DNA of 42,104 nt from a virus (Duplodnaviria > Caudoviricetes), in IMG/VR virus record IMGVR_UViG_3300036773_000089, positions 1-42,104 of that record; one strand, given 5' to 3'. Of this stretch, positions 1 to 8,984 are shown in pieces. The notes under the pieces are model-generated. The model saw nothing but the letters and a program-made list of their open reading frames with translations, did no database searches and had not been told where the DNA came from. Both the position numbers and the translations under genes were made by a program. The stretch's first letter is position 1. Each line of letters starts with the position of its first letter.

Positions 1-127
1 CACCGGCGAGAGCGAGAGGAGCTGCGCCAGGGCGCTCCACCCCGAGCCCGGTTCCTGCTTGCCGCTGAGGGGCGAGACGCCGTAGATCGCGGTGCCGAGG
101 GCGGCGAGCGCGGGCTGCGCGAGCTTG
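1..127. repeat. 127-bp terminal overlap (copy 1), circular assembly join
   Basis: Identical to 41978-42104, and a single reading frame runs across the join. Confidence 0.97.
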
Positions 128-3100
128 GCGGCCGCGATCCCCTTCGGACCTTCGCTCGAGCCGCCGAGCGCTTCGACCAGGGCGTTCGATCCCGGCGCGA
201 TCCTCGAGAGGTCGATCAGCTTCTTTTCGCCGCCGAGGTCGATCGGCACCATCGCCCACTGCGTGAAGTAGCTCGGGTCGCCGTGGAGGAGTTTGTGGAC
301 CTCCTGGGCGTTCTGCTGGCCGAGCCCGTAGAGGATCGCCGCCTTGATCGGGTGCCGTTTGGGGAAGGCGTAGAACGTCCACCGCAGGGACATACGCATG
401 AAGGGGTAGAAGATCATCGCCTGGGCCGCGATCCGCTCGTTCTTCGTCAACGCCGACCAGTTCCCCATGACGTCGTCGAGGTAGCTCTGATAGTGCGCCG
501 CCCACTTCGGGTGCTCGGCCACCCAATTCGCCTGCTCGTGGAGCGGCTTGCCTTTCATCGCCTCGAGCGCGCCCCGCATATCGCGGTCGAGGCCGCCGAT
601 CCCGTGGACGAATTTGTTGACGTGGCCGTTCAGGTCCCGGTCGATTTTCGCCAGCGCCGTGAGGGCGCGGATCTTGCCACCCTTCCACTGGTCGACGTGT
701 GAGATCGCGGTCGGGATGGAGCGGACGAAGCGGCCGTAGGGGGTCGCCTCGAGCGTCGAGTACGCATTCGCGGCGGCGTCCATATCGCCGGCTTTGAGAT
801 CGAGCTTGAGATCCTCGGCGCGTTGGATGGTGCGGTTGGTGACACCCACCCACGAGTCGAACGCCTGCCGCTTGGCCGGGTCCATCTTCTTGTACGCGCC
901 GAGCGCCTTCTTGACGAAGGCCGGGTTCAGCACCCGCGCGTCGGCGACACCCGACTGACCGAACTCCGCGACCACCTGCATCGCCGCCCACGCCGGCGAC
1001 GTCCCCAGGATCAGGAACGACGTCGCCCGGTTCACCTTGGCGATCTTCGGGGCGACGAGGGTGTTGGAGAGCTGCGACACGAGCTCGTCCATCGCGGCCT
1101 TGCGGACGATCATGTAGTGGGAACCTTTGACGCCGCCCTTGCCCTTGAGCTGCTCGAGCTCGGCGACCATCTTGAAGTCGGTCGCGTTGATGCCTTTGCC
1201 GGGGCCTTTGCCCTCGAGCACGTCGTAGATCCGCTTGTAGAACTGGCGCGGCACCTTCATCCATTGCTTCGACGACAACACCGGGTGCGAGCCGGAGAAG
1301 AGCTCGTCGGCCTCGGCGGCGGTCCACTCCTTCTTCCCGCCCGGCTCGAAGCGGTTGTTGTCGATCACCGATTTGGCCGCCTTGTAGCTCTCGCGTCGGG
1401 CGACGGGCCGTGCGATCGACTCGCGGATCAGCGGCCGCAGGCCCTCCTCGGCGAGCCCGAATTCCTCGGCGGTGCCGGCGCGTTTCTTCGAGGCGCCGGG
1501 GAACTCCGTCAGCTTCGAGCCGCTCGAGCCGTAGACCGGGGCGCCGTGGGAGCGACCGGGACCGACGTGCTGGTACTCAGGGAAGTCGCTCTCGGGGATG
1601 CCCTCGGCGCGGAGACGATCTTCGACCTCCTTGGCGAACTCCGCGTTCAGCGCCGGGTCGACCTCGCTGGCGGCGTTGTGCTTGCGCGCCGCGCCTTTCG
1701 CGAGGGCCTTGGCATCGGCGACGTGGCCCTTCGCCAGGTCGCGGGCGGTGACGAGATCGCCTTCGAGTTTGGCCTGATGCTCTGCCGCCTGTAGGACCCT
1801 GCCGCCACGATCCTCGAGGCGCGACAGGACGCCGACCGGACCCCGGCCGAGCTGGGCCAGGGCGGTCGCTTTGTCGCCCCTCCCGGCCTTCGAGATCTCG
1901 ACGTCGGCGCGCTTGAGGACGCGGGCCTTCACCGCGGCGAGATCCTTCCTCGTCGCCTCCGCGCGCCGGGTCGCCACCCGCACGGTGTTGGTGACCATCT
2001 TCGACTTGGCGGTGAGCTCGCCGTCCTTGTAGAGGTTCGGCCCGTTGGTGTGGTTGCGGTAGGCCCGCTCGGCAGTGCGGAGCTCCTTGAGCGCCTTGGT
2101 GTGGGCGCGCACCGCTTTCACGTAGTCGGGCTCGCGACGAAGGAGACGACGATCGGCGTCGGAGACGCGCACCGCGGCCTCGCCTTTGACGCTCGCCTCC
2201 GTCACCTTCGCGCGGAGCGTCCGTCGACGAGCTCCCTCTACTCGACGTTCGGCCTGCTTGACCAGGGCCTTCGCCGAGCGCTTCAGCTTCTTCGCCTGGG
2301 CGTGGTCCTCTCGAGCTTCCCGGCGCAGGGTGTCTTTCGCGAGCTCGCCCCGTTTGGGCGTCATGCGGCTGATGTCGCGCACCGACCGCGGCGCCCGCTC
2401 CTCGGGGAAGGGAATGTCGCGGGTCGTGGCGGCCGAGAGGAAGCGCGCCCGTTCGCTGTGCTCCGGCGCGATCGCCCGGTCTTCGCGGGCCGCCTTCCCC
2501 TGTTTGCGATAGGCGGCGACGACCTCGTGGACGGCCGGGTTGGAGAGCACGTCGGGGTGCCGTTCGATGAAGTCGATCACGTCGCGGGTGTGCAGTTCGT
2601 CCTCGGCGAGCTTCATCCCCTTGGGCGGCTCTTTGAGGCGCGACTTGATCCGCTTGACCTCGGCGAGCGCGGCCGCCTGGTCGCGGGGCATCGGGTGGCG
2701 CTGAAGGAAGCTGGCGATGTCGGCTTCGCGGATCTTCAGATCGACTTTCTTGCCGCGCTTGCCGACCCCGACGCCTTTGCGCACGACCTCCGACCCGGTC
2801 GCCCCTCGAGCGGCTTTCAAGATCGGCTGCTGGCGATCCTGTAGCTCGATGTGGAGACGGTTACGGCCTTTGGCGACGGCGAGCGCCGAGCCTTTGCGCT
2901 GATGGGTGCGCTCGAGGACGAGCGGCGGTGCGGTCCCGCGGCCGCCGTGAGCCCTGCCGGTTTTCGCGCGGGCCTGCTCGGCGATCTTCCTGACGCCGGT
3001 GATGATCTTGCCCTTGCCGAATTTCGACGTCAGCGCGTCGGCGCCGAGGACGGCGGTGATCGGGAGGAGCAGGCCGAGGTTGTCTTCGACTTCCTTCCTG

Positions 3101-4287
3101 ACCTCCTTGGAGTCCGACGCGGTGACCACCTTCGCAACCTGCTTGGCGAAGGCGAGCTGTTCCTTGGGGATCGACTTGACCGGGGCGAGGATCTCCTTGC
3201 CCGAGTAGCCGGCGGCGCCGGGGATGCCGAGCTCGTGCGCGCCCTCCGACGCGGCGCGGCCTGCGGTGGTGCCGGCTTTGATCGCGGTGGCGACGGGGAC
3301 GGTGACGAGGCCGGGGATCGCCCGCGCCGTCGTCTTCAAGGTGCCCTTCGGGTTGTGGACGAGGGCTTCCTCGTGGCCGCGCACGACGGGCAGCGATTGA
3401 CCGGCTGCGATTTTGCCGAGTTTGAGGCCGGGGATCGCCGCGGCGGAAGCTTTCGACTCGCCCCGCGCGATCGCCTCCTCGGCCGCCTTGCGGGCCGCCG
3501 ACTCCGTCGCCTTCACCGTCTCCTTGCCGGCGGCTTTGCGGACGAGGTTGCCCGCCAGGCGACCACCCGCTTTGACTGCCGACCCGGCCTTCACCGCTTT
3601 CAACGTCGCCTTGCCGCCGGCGGCCTCGACCTTCCCGGCCGCGTAGTCGCCGAGCTCCTTGGCGGTGAGGCCGACACCCTCCTCGACCGCCTTCTTGCCG
3701 AGCGCGCCGACGAAGCCGCCGCCAGGTGCGGCGAGGGTGATCGCGGTGGTCAGGTCTTCCGGTTCGCCCAGACCCCGTGAGGAGCCGTGTCCGCCCGCTC
3801 GGGCCTGTTTCAGCGCCCGCTCGTAGGCAGAGGGCGCGACGGCCTTCAGGGCCTTGTACGGGAAGTTCGCCTTGTCGGGCGATCCTTCGGCGGTCGGCTG
3901 GGAGGAGCGGTAGTTGGCCTCGGCCGCCAGGGCGTGCCGGAGGCCGGCCGCGGATTTGCGGAGCCGCGCCCGTTCCCTGCGATCGGTGGTCCGCGCGATC
4001 TTCGCTTCGGCTTTGGCGAGCGTCTCGATCGGCCTCGAGGCGTGGCTGAGTTTGACCGCCTTCGCCGCGGCCCTCGCGGCCGCCGCTTCGTGGCGGGCCG
4101 TCGCGCGATCGCTCCGCGACGGTTTCGCCGTCGTCGCCGATCGACGCCGCGACGTTTTCGGCTTCGGCGCCGGCGTCGGTTTCGGCCGCGGGGTCGTGTG
4201 GGCCCTGGACGACGAAACGCGCCCTCGACCGGGGCGCTTTCGTTTCTTCGTCTTGGTGTGGGCGGGGAGCTCGCCGGGACCGAACAT
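1..4287 (-). CDS. Giant internal virion / DNA-ejection protein, N-terminal 1429 codons of ~1630 aa (continues at 41977-41372)
   Basis: ATG at 4287 with SD GAGAGGAG; manual translation (MFGPGELPAHTKTKKRKRPGRGR...WSALAQLLSLSPV) stays open to base 1 and is in frame with ORF 41372..41980; last and largest gene of the podovirus-type tail block. Confidence 0.8.
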   Translation of the reverse strand, partial: MFGPGELPAHTKTKKRKRPGRGRVSSSRAHTTPRPKPTPAPKPKTSRRRSATTAKPSRSDRATARHEAAAARAAAKAVKLSHASRPIETLAKAEAKIARTTDRRERARLRKSAAGLRHALAAEANYRSSQPTAEGSPDKANFPYKALKAVAPSAYERALKQARAGGHGSSRGLGEPEDLTTAITLAAPGGGFVGALGKKAVEEGVGLTAKELGDYAAGKVEAAGGKATLKAVKAGSAVKAGGRLAGNLVRKAAGKETVKATESAARKAAEEAIARGESKASAAAIPGLKLGKIAAGQSLPVVRGHEEALVHNPKGTLKTTARAIPGLVTVPVATAIKAGTTAGRAASEGAHELGIPGAAGYSGKEILAPVKSIPKEQLAFAKQVAKVVTASDSKEVRKEVEDNLGLLLPITAVLGADALTSKFGKGKIITGVRKIAEQARAKTGRAHGGRGTAPPLVLERTHQRKGSALAVAKGRNRLHIELQDRQQPILKAARGATGSEVVRKGVGVGKRGKKVDLKIREADIASFLQRHPMPRDQAAALAEVKRIKSRLKEPPKGMKLAEDELHTRDVIDFIERHPDVLSNPAVHEVVAAYRKQGKAAREDRAIAPEHSERARFLSAATTRDIPFPEERAPRSVRDISRMTPKRGELAKDTLRREAREDHAQAKKLKRSAKALVKQAERRVEGARRRTLRAKVTEASVKGEAAVRVSDADRRLLRREPDYVKAVRAHTKALKELRTAERAYRNHTNGPNLYKDGELTAKSKMVTNTVRVATRRAEATRKDLAAVKARVLKRADVEISKAGRGDKATALAQLGRGPVGVLSRLEDRGGRVLQAAEHQAKLEGDLVTARDLAKGHVADAKALAKGAARKHNAASEVDPALNAEFAKEVEDRLRAEGIPESDFPEYQHVGPGRSHGAPVYGSSGSKLTEFPGASKKRAGTAEEFGLAEEGLRPLIRESIARPVARRESYKAAKSVIDNNRFEPGGKKEWTAAEADELFSGSHPVLSSKQWMKVPRQFYKRIYDVLEGKGPGKGINATDFKMVAELEQLKGKGGVKGSHYMIVRKAAMDELVSQLSNTLVAPKIAKVNRATSFLILGTSPAWAAMQVVAEFGQSGVADARVLNPAFVKKALGAYKKMDPAKRQAFDSWVGVTNRTIQRAEDLKLDLKAGDMDAAANAYSTLEATPYGRFVRSIPTAISHVDQWKGGKIRALTALAKIDRDLNGHVNKFVHGIGGLDRDMRGALEAMKGKPLHEQANWVAEHPKWAAHYQSYLDDVMGNWSALTKNERIAAQAMIFYPFMRMSLRWTFYAFPKRHPIKAAILYGLGQQNAQEVHKLLHGDPSYFTQWAMVPIDLGGEKKLIDLSRIAPGSNALVEALGGSSEGPKGIAAAKLAQPALAALGTAIYGVSPLSGKQEPGSGWSALAQLLSLSPV

Positions 4288-4299
4288 GTGCGCTCCTCT

Positions 4300-5538
4300 C
4301 TACCTCGGCGTCGGGGGTCCGGCTGCTTCGCCTTTGCGGACGCGCTTGTCGTAGCCGCGTCGACCCTTGTTGGCCTGCGCCGAGCGGATCTTCTTCACCG
4401 CTTCGGCGGCCTGGGCGGCGTAGCTCGAGCCGAGTTTTTCGATCAGCGCGGCTTCAAACTGAGCCCACTGCTTCGCGCTCTTCGGCACCTTGATCCCGAG
4501 CAGCGCCTTGGCGGCTGCCATCGCGTCGGCCGAGTGTTCGCCTCGAGCTCGTTTTTCGGCGGTCGACAGCTTGCCGCTGTTCTCTTCTTCGTAGTGTTTC
4601 GCCGTCGCTTCCGCCGCCCGCGCCGACGTCCGCGAATTCTTCGCCGTCGCCCGAGCGTTCTTGGCCGAGATCTTCGCGTTGCTCCTCGAGACGCCGATCC
4701 GTTCCTGGGCCTGCCGGTTGGCGATCGAGTCCTCGGTCGCTTCGTGGTTGGCCTTGAGCTGCGCCAGTGCCGCCGACGCGGCCGCCGCCTGTTCTGCCGT
4801 GCGAGCTTCCCGTTTGGCGAGTTTGAGCTGCGCCAGTTCGGTCGCGTAGGAGCGATCCGATTCGCGGATTTTTTCCTTGCCCGCGACCCGCGCCGAGCCC
4901 TTTTCCTTCCGCTGGGCGGCGAGGTTCGACTTGAGCTTTTCCCGACGTCGCTGCTCTTCCTGACGGGATTCGACGCCTTTCAGCCGGGCCGCGACCTTGT
5001 CGCTCCCGAGGCGGGCGACGAAGTTGGCCTGCTCGCTCACGGGCAACTTCGCTTCGTCGACGCGTGACCGTTCGGCGGCAGCGCCGGCGGCGGCGATCGT
5101 CGCGAGCCCGGTGGTGTCTTTCGGGCCGCCGGTGAGACTGGCGAAGGCTTCGTCCTGGGCGCCGAGTTCGGCCTGCTCGGACTGCGAGCGCTGCGCCGCT
5201 TCGGCCTCCTGCGCCGCGGTGATCGAGCCCACCGATGCGAGGGCCGCGGAGCCCGCGCCCTGCGCCGCCTGGTAGTCGCTCGCGAGCTGCGAGTACCACT
5301 GACCGAGATCCCCCTGCCGCTTCCGCGAGCCCGCGATTTCCTCACGGGTTTCGCGGATGCCGGGGTTGTATTCGGTGTTGGCCGCGGCGTTGGCCGCCTT
5401 GGTCGCCTGACGTTCCGAGCGCGGGGCGAGGAAGTTGCCCCCCGTCTTCCCGCGACCGGGGGCCTTCTTGCCGCCGCCGCCGTGGTTACGACCGCCGTGA
5501 TTCGCGCCGACCTTGCCGCGCCCTCTACCTCGAGCCAT
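4300..5538 (-). CDS. Putative internal virion (ejection) protein, Ala/Arg-rich, helical, 412 aa
   Basis: ORF track; starts MARGRGRG; TGATG coupling to upstream gene; position before the giant protein. Confidence 0.65.
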   Translation of the reverse strand: MARGRGRGKVGANHGGRNHGGGGKKAPGRGKTGGNFLAPRSERQATKAANAAANTEYNPGIRETREEIAGSRKRQGDLGQWYSQLASDYQAAQGAGSAALASVGSITAAQEAEAAQRSQSEQAELGAQDEAFASLTGGPKDTTGLATIAAAGAAAERSRVDEAKLPVSEQANFVARLGSDKVAARLKGVESRQEEQRRREKLKSNLAAQRKEKGSARVAGKEKIRESDRSYATELAQLKLAKREARTAEQAAAASAALAQLKANHEATEDSIANRQAQERIGVSRSNAKISAKNARATAKNSRTSARAAEATAKHYEEENSGKLSTAEKRARGEHSADAMAAAKALLGIKVPKSAKQWAQFEAALIEKLGSSYAAQAAEAVKKIRSAQANKGRRGYDKRVRKGEAAGPPTPR

Positions 5539-6278
5539 CAGACCCTCCCCCTTCCGCGGTTCCGCGCGTTGACGCGGGCATTGATCTGGCGAGCTTTCGC
5601 ATTGTTGGCCCGAGCCTGATTCGGCCGGCGGACGTTGCGGCCATCGGCACCCGGCCCTGCCACCCTCCCGCGGCCGCGCACGACGGCTTTGCGACCACGA
5701 CCGGCACCGACCGCCTGGGGCGCGGGTTCGGATTCCGCCGCCCGGTTGATCGCCCCTTCTTTGATCTGCGCGTCCCCGAGCGCTTCGTCACGGCCGGTCT
5801 GCGCCACCCCGCGGGTGTACGCCGACTGAGCTTCGGCGTAGCTGTCTTCGAGGGCTTTCTGATTTTTGTCGTATTCGCTCCGCGTGGCCGACTGCTTGTT
5901 GGCGGTCGAACCGGCGTAGAGCTGGTTGCCGGCGGTGTTGGTGATCCCGCGGGTGTTGTTCGCGAGGTCGGTTTTGTTTTCGGCCGAACGGCTGTAGGGG
6001 TTGGCCGCCCCCGAGCCGAAGCCGAGTTCGTTCTGCGCCGATGCGTACTTCGCCGCCAGCGAGGCGCGGGTGTCGCCGGCTTCGTTTCCGAGTTCCGCCG
6101 ATTCGCGCTGGGCCTGACTGTCGAAGGGCGCCGCCGAGGAACCGCCTGCGAGCCCGGCCTTGCCCCTCCCGGCCTTCTTGCCGGGGGTGACGCGACCACG
6201 GCCCCGCTGCCGCGCTTTCGCAGCGGCGACCCGACGAGCTGCGTTGGCGACGTAGTTGGGACCGCGGCCGCGTGCCAT
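5538..6278 (-). CDS. Putative internal virion protein, 246 aa
   Basis: ORF track; starts MARGRG; RG-rich ends around an Ala/Gln/Asn helical core. Confidence 0.62.
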   Translation of the reverse strand: MARGRGPNYVANAARRVAAAKARQRGRGRVTPGKKAGRGKAGLAGGSSAAPFDSQAQRESAELGNEAGDTRASLAAKYASAQNELGFGSGAANPYSRSAENKTDLANNTRGITNTAGNQLYAGSTANKQSATRSEYDKNQKALEDSYAEAQSAYTRGVAQTGRDEALGDAQIKEGAINRAAESEPAPQAVGAGRGRKAVVRGRGRVAGPGADGRNVRRPNQARANNAKARQINARVNARNRGRGRV

Positions 6279-6869
6279 CTATTCCTGCCCTTCCTTCTTC
6301 TTTTTGCCTTTGCCTTTTTCGGCTTCGGCCCCGTCTTCTTTACTGCCGCCTTTGTTCTTCGCGCGGGCGGCGTCGAGCACCTTGCTCCGGTTGGTGACCA
6401 GCTTCTTGCGGATCGCCGCGAGTTTCGCGTTTTTCGGATTCGCTTTGAGCTGTTTGTTGATCTGGGCGAACGACTTGCCGCCCACCGTCAGTTTGTCGCG
6501 CCAGTTCGGCCCGAGCGCTTTGGCGAGCGTCTGCCGCTGCCCCAGCGTCCGTTTCGCCTGCGTCCCGGTGATCGTCCCGGCTTTCACTTTCGCCGAGAGC
6601 TGCCGACCGCCGGGACCGACGAGCTGCGAGCCGCCGATCGACGGTTTGCCTTTGCCGCCGGCGGCGTTCGGGTTGCCCCGTTTACCGCGGCCGCCGGCCT
6701 TCGGCGCTTCGGTGCCGCCGTTGCCGCCGATCGCTTTCCGACCGGGACCGGCATTCGGCGAGAAGCCGGGGTCGATTCCTTTGTTGCGGCCGATGCCTCC
6801 ACCCGGCATCGGGTTCGCGCCGGGAGCGCGACCACGACCGCGAGCTCGAGGACGGGTGACAGGTGCCAT
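6279..6869 (-). CDS. Highly basic Gly/Lys/Arg-rich protein, putative core protein, 196 aa
   Basis: ORF track; SD GGAGG upstream of ATG 6869. Confidence 0.65.
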   Translation of the reverse strand: MAPVTRPRARGRGRAPGANPMPGGGIGRNKGIDPGFSPNAGPGRKAIGGNGGTEAPKAGGRGKRGNPNAAGGKGKPSIGGSQLVGPGGRQLSAKVKAGTITGTQAKRTLGQRQTLAKALGPNWRDKLTVGGKSFAQINKQLKANPKNAKLAAIRKKLVTNRSKVLDAARAKNKGGSKEDGAEAEKGKGKKKKEGQE

Positions 6870-6891
6870 GTGTGTTTCCTCCTATTGGGTG

Positions 6892-7488
6892 TTATTCCGC
6901 CGACAGGTTCGCGGCTGAGAAGTGGAAGTTCGCATTGACCTTGGCCGACGTGGCGACGTTTTCGACGAGGACGATTTCCCACCCTTTGACGCCGCCACCG
7001 CTTTCGATCAGGTTCACGTTCGCCGCCACCGATTGCGAGCCCGCGGTCGCCGGGGTGAGGGTTCGGATCGAGCCGGGGTAATCGAAGTCTTCCTGCGTTT
7101 TGGTCTGCATGAAGATCTTGTAGATCCCCGTCGAAGGGTGTTCGATCGTCAGCCCTTCGCCACCGCGGAGGACGCCGCCGGCGGCAGCGACTTCGACCCA
7201 CAACAAGTCGGCGAAACCACTCCCGATCCCGAGCTGTTCTTCAAACGATTCGCCTTCGCCTTCTTCGGGCGACGGCGGTTCGAGGCCGCCTTCTTCGAGT
7301 TCCGACCACACCGGAATGTCGTTGGCGACGTTGGAGGCGTCGATCGGGAACTGCTGCCTGATTTCGTCGAAGTTGGCCTGCGTGGCGGCGTTGGCCGCGA
7401 GGAGCTCGCCGATCGTCTTGCGGAGCCCTTCCTCGTCCATGCCCGCGACCTGGGCGGCGAAATCCTGTTCTCCGGCAGCTTCGGCCAT
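6892..7488 (-). CDS. Putative tail fibre/spike-associated protein, 198 aa
   Basis: ORF track; acidic helical N-terminus and beta-rich C-terminus (EHPSTGIYKI); position in tail block. Confidence 0.55.
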   Translation of the reverse strand: MAEAAGEQDFAAQVAGMDEEGLRKTIGELLAANAATQANFDEIRQQFPIDASNVANDIPVWSELEEGGLEPPSPEEGEGESFEEQLGIGSGFADLLWVEVAAAGGVLRGGEGLTIEHPSTGIYKIFMQTKTQEDFDYPGSIRTLTPATAGSQSVAANVNLIESGGGVKGWEIVLVENVATSAKVNANFHFSAANLSAE

Positions 7489-8516
7489 CAGCGTTCGATC
7501 CCAAGGGTCTTACGATCGGCGGACGAGAAGCGCGGCGGCCCGAGTCGACCGGGGTTGGCGAGCACGGACGGGAAGGGCAGCGGCAACCCGGCTCGGGTCT
7601 GTTCGGTCGGCGACGGCATCGCACCCCCGACCAGTTCGACGTTCGGCATCGACGCCGCGGCGCTCGCGACCTCGCCGACTTCGACGACGTGGTTGGCGAC
7701 GTTCGTCCCTTCGCCGCTCCCGGCGGTCGCCGACGCCGCGTTGGGTTTCATCACACCGGCTTCTTCTTCTCCTTCTTCGAGAAGGAGCGCCAGGGCGAAA
7801 CCGTTGGTCGGCGGTTTGAACCATTCTTTTTCGACTTCGGTGCCGTCGAGTTTGCAACGGCCGATCACGCCTTCGCTGATCCAGTAGATATAGATGGGAC
7901 CGACCGCGACCTCGCGCGGAGACGCGGCGCCTTTGATGAATTCTTTTTCGACACCCGTACCATCGAGGTTCGCCCGCCCGATGCGGCCGGCGGCGAAGGA
8001 CGTCCAGTAGACCTTCGTACCCTTCACCGTCACTCCGACCGGCCCGACCTCTTCGAGTAGATGCGTGTCCCCGCTCTTGTCGAGCAATGCCCTGTAGACG
8101 CCGCCACTGGCCCCCGCCCCACCACGGAAGATGTAGGTGCCGTTGACCGAGACACCGTTGGCGTTTTCCGTCGTGAACCATGCTTTTTCGACTTCCGTGC
8201 CGTTGAGTTTGGCTCGACCGACCGCGATGGCCGAACGGGTCCAGTAGATGTAGGTGCCGTCGACCGCCAGGGCGCGAAGTTCGGTCCCGAGCCCCGTCAA
8301 CCATTCTTTTTCGAGTCCGGTGCCGTCGTGTTTGACGCGGCCGATGCAGGCTTTGCTCTTACTCGACCAGTAGACGTAGTTCGCGTCGACCGCGATCCCG
8401 TGAGGTTCGCCACCTATTTCTTTCAGCCATTCGGTATTGGATTCGGTGCCGTCGAGTTTGCAACGGCCGATCGTGGCCGCCGTGCCCTCTACCCAATAGA
8501 TGAAAGAACCGGCCAC
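7488..8516 (-). CDS. YWTD/LDL-receptor-class-B-like six-repeat beta-propeller protein, putative receptor-binding or virion surface protein
   Basis: Six ~40-aa repeats of the form Y[IV]YW....IGRx[KN]LDGT...EW; SD GGAGG before GTG. Confidence 0.75.
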   Translation of the reverse strand: MAGSFIYWVEGTAATIGRCKLDGTESNTEWLKEIGGEPHGIAVDANYVYWSSKSKACIGRVKHDGTGLEKEWLTGLGTELRALAVDGTYIYWTRSAIAVGRAKLNGTEVEKAWFTTENANGVSVNGTYIFRGGAGASGGVYRALLDKSGDTHLLEEVGPVGVTVKGTKVYWTSFAAGRIGRANLDGTGVEKEFIKGAASPREVAVGPIYIYWISEGVIGRCKLDGTEVEKEWFKPPTNGFALALLLEEGEEEAGVMKPNAASATAGSGEGTNVANHVVEVGEVASAAASMPNVELVGGAMPSPTEQTRAGLPLPFPSVLANPGRLGPPRFSSADRKTLGIER

Positions 8517-8531
8517 GGCAGCCCGCCTCCC

Positions 8532-8984
8532 CTACGCCGCCACGATGCGGAAGGTGCCGTCCGTCGCGTCCCATTCCGCTTTGACCAGGCCGGCGGCGAT
8601 TTTCTGAGTGCCCCCGGTGTCGATAAACCCGAGCAGCGGCGATTCGGCCGACGTGCCGACGACCTTGTAGATCACGCCGTAGCGATATTCGACGGTGACT
8701 TCTTTCCATTCCACCGTTTTCGCTTTGAGCCGGGTGGTGTTGCTCGCGGCGTCATAGCTCACCGCCTTTTCGAGGAGTTCCTTGCCGCCGGCGGTGTAGT
8801 TGGTGCCTTCGACCTCGTTGGCGCTGACGTCATTCCAGAAGTCGTCGGTGTCCTGATTCGGCGCGTACGCCGCTTTGACCAGGGCGACCTTCACCGTGTC
8901 ATTCGCCCAATCGACGCGCCGGGCCGCGGTGGCGCCGTACTGCCCGAGGAGAGCCTGCCCGTACCACTTCGCGACCGAGGCCAC
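8532..8984 (-). CDS. Conserved phage virion structural protein, 150 aa
   Basis: GTG 8984 overlaps upstream TAG; motif string DWANDTVKVALV..Y.P..D.D.FWNDVSANEV.GTNYTAGG typical of phage tail-associated proteins. Confidence 0.7.
   Translation of the reverse strand: MASVAKWYGQALLGQYGATAARRVDWANDTVKVALVKAAYAPNQDTDDFWNDVSANEVEGTNYTAGGKELLEKAVSYDAASNTTRLKAKTVEWKEVTVEYRYGVIYKVVGTSAESPLLGFIDTGGTQKIAAGLVKAEWDATDGTFRIVAA

Noticed and set aside
7836-8472. Diversity-generating retroelement TR/VR pair
   Set aside because: No reverse transcriptase in the genome; the repeats are propeller blades within one ORF, without an adenine-specific mismatch pattern.
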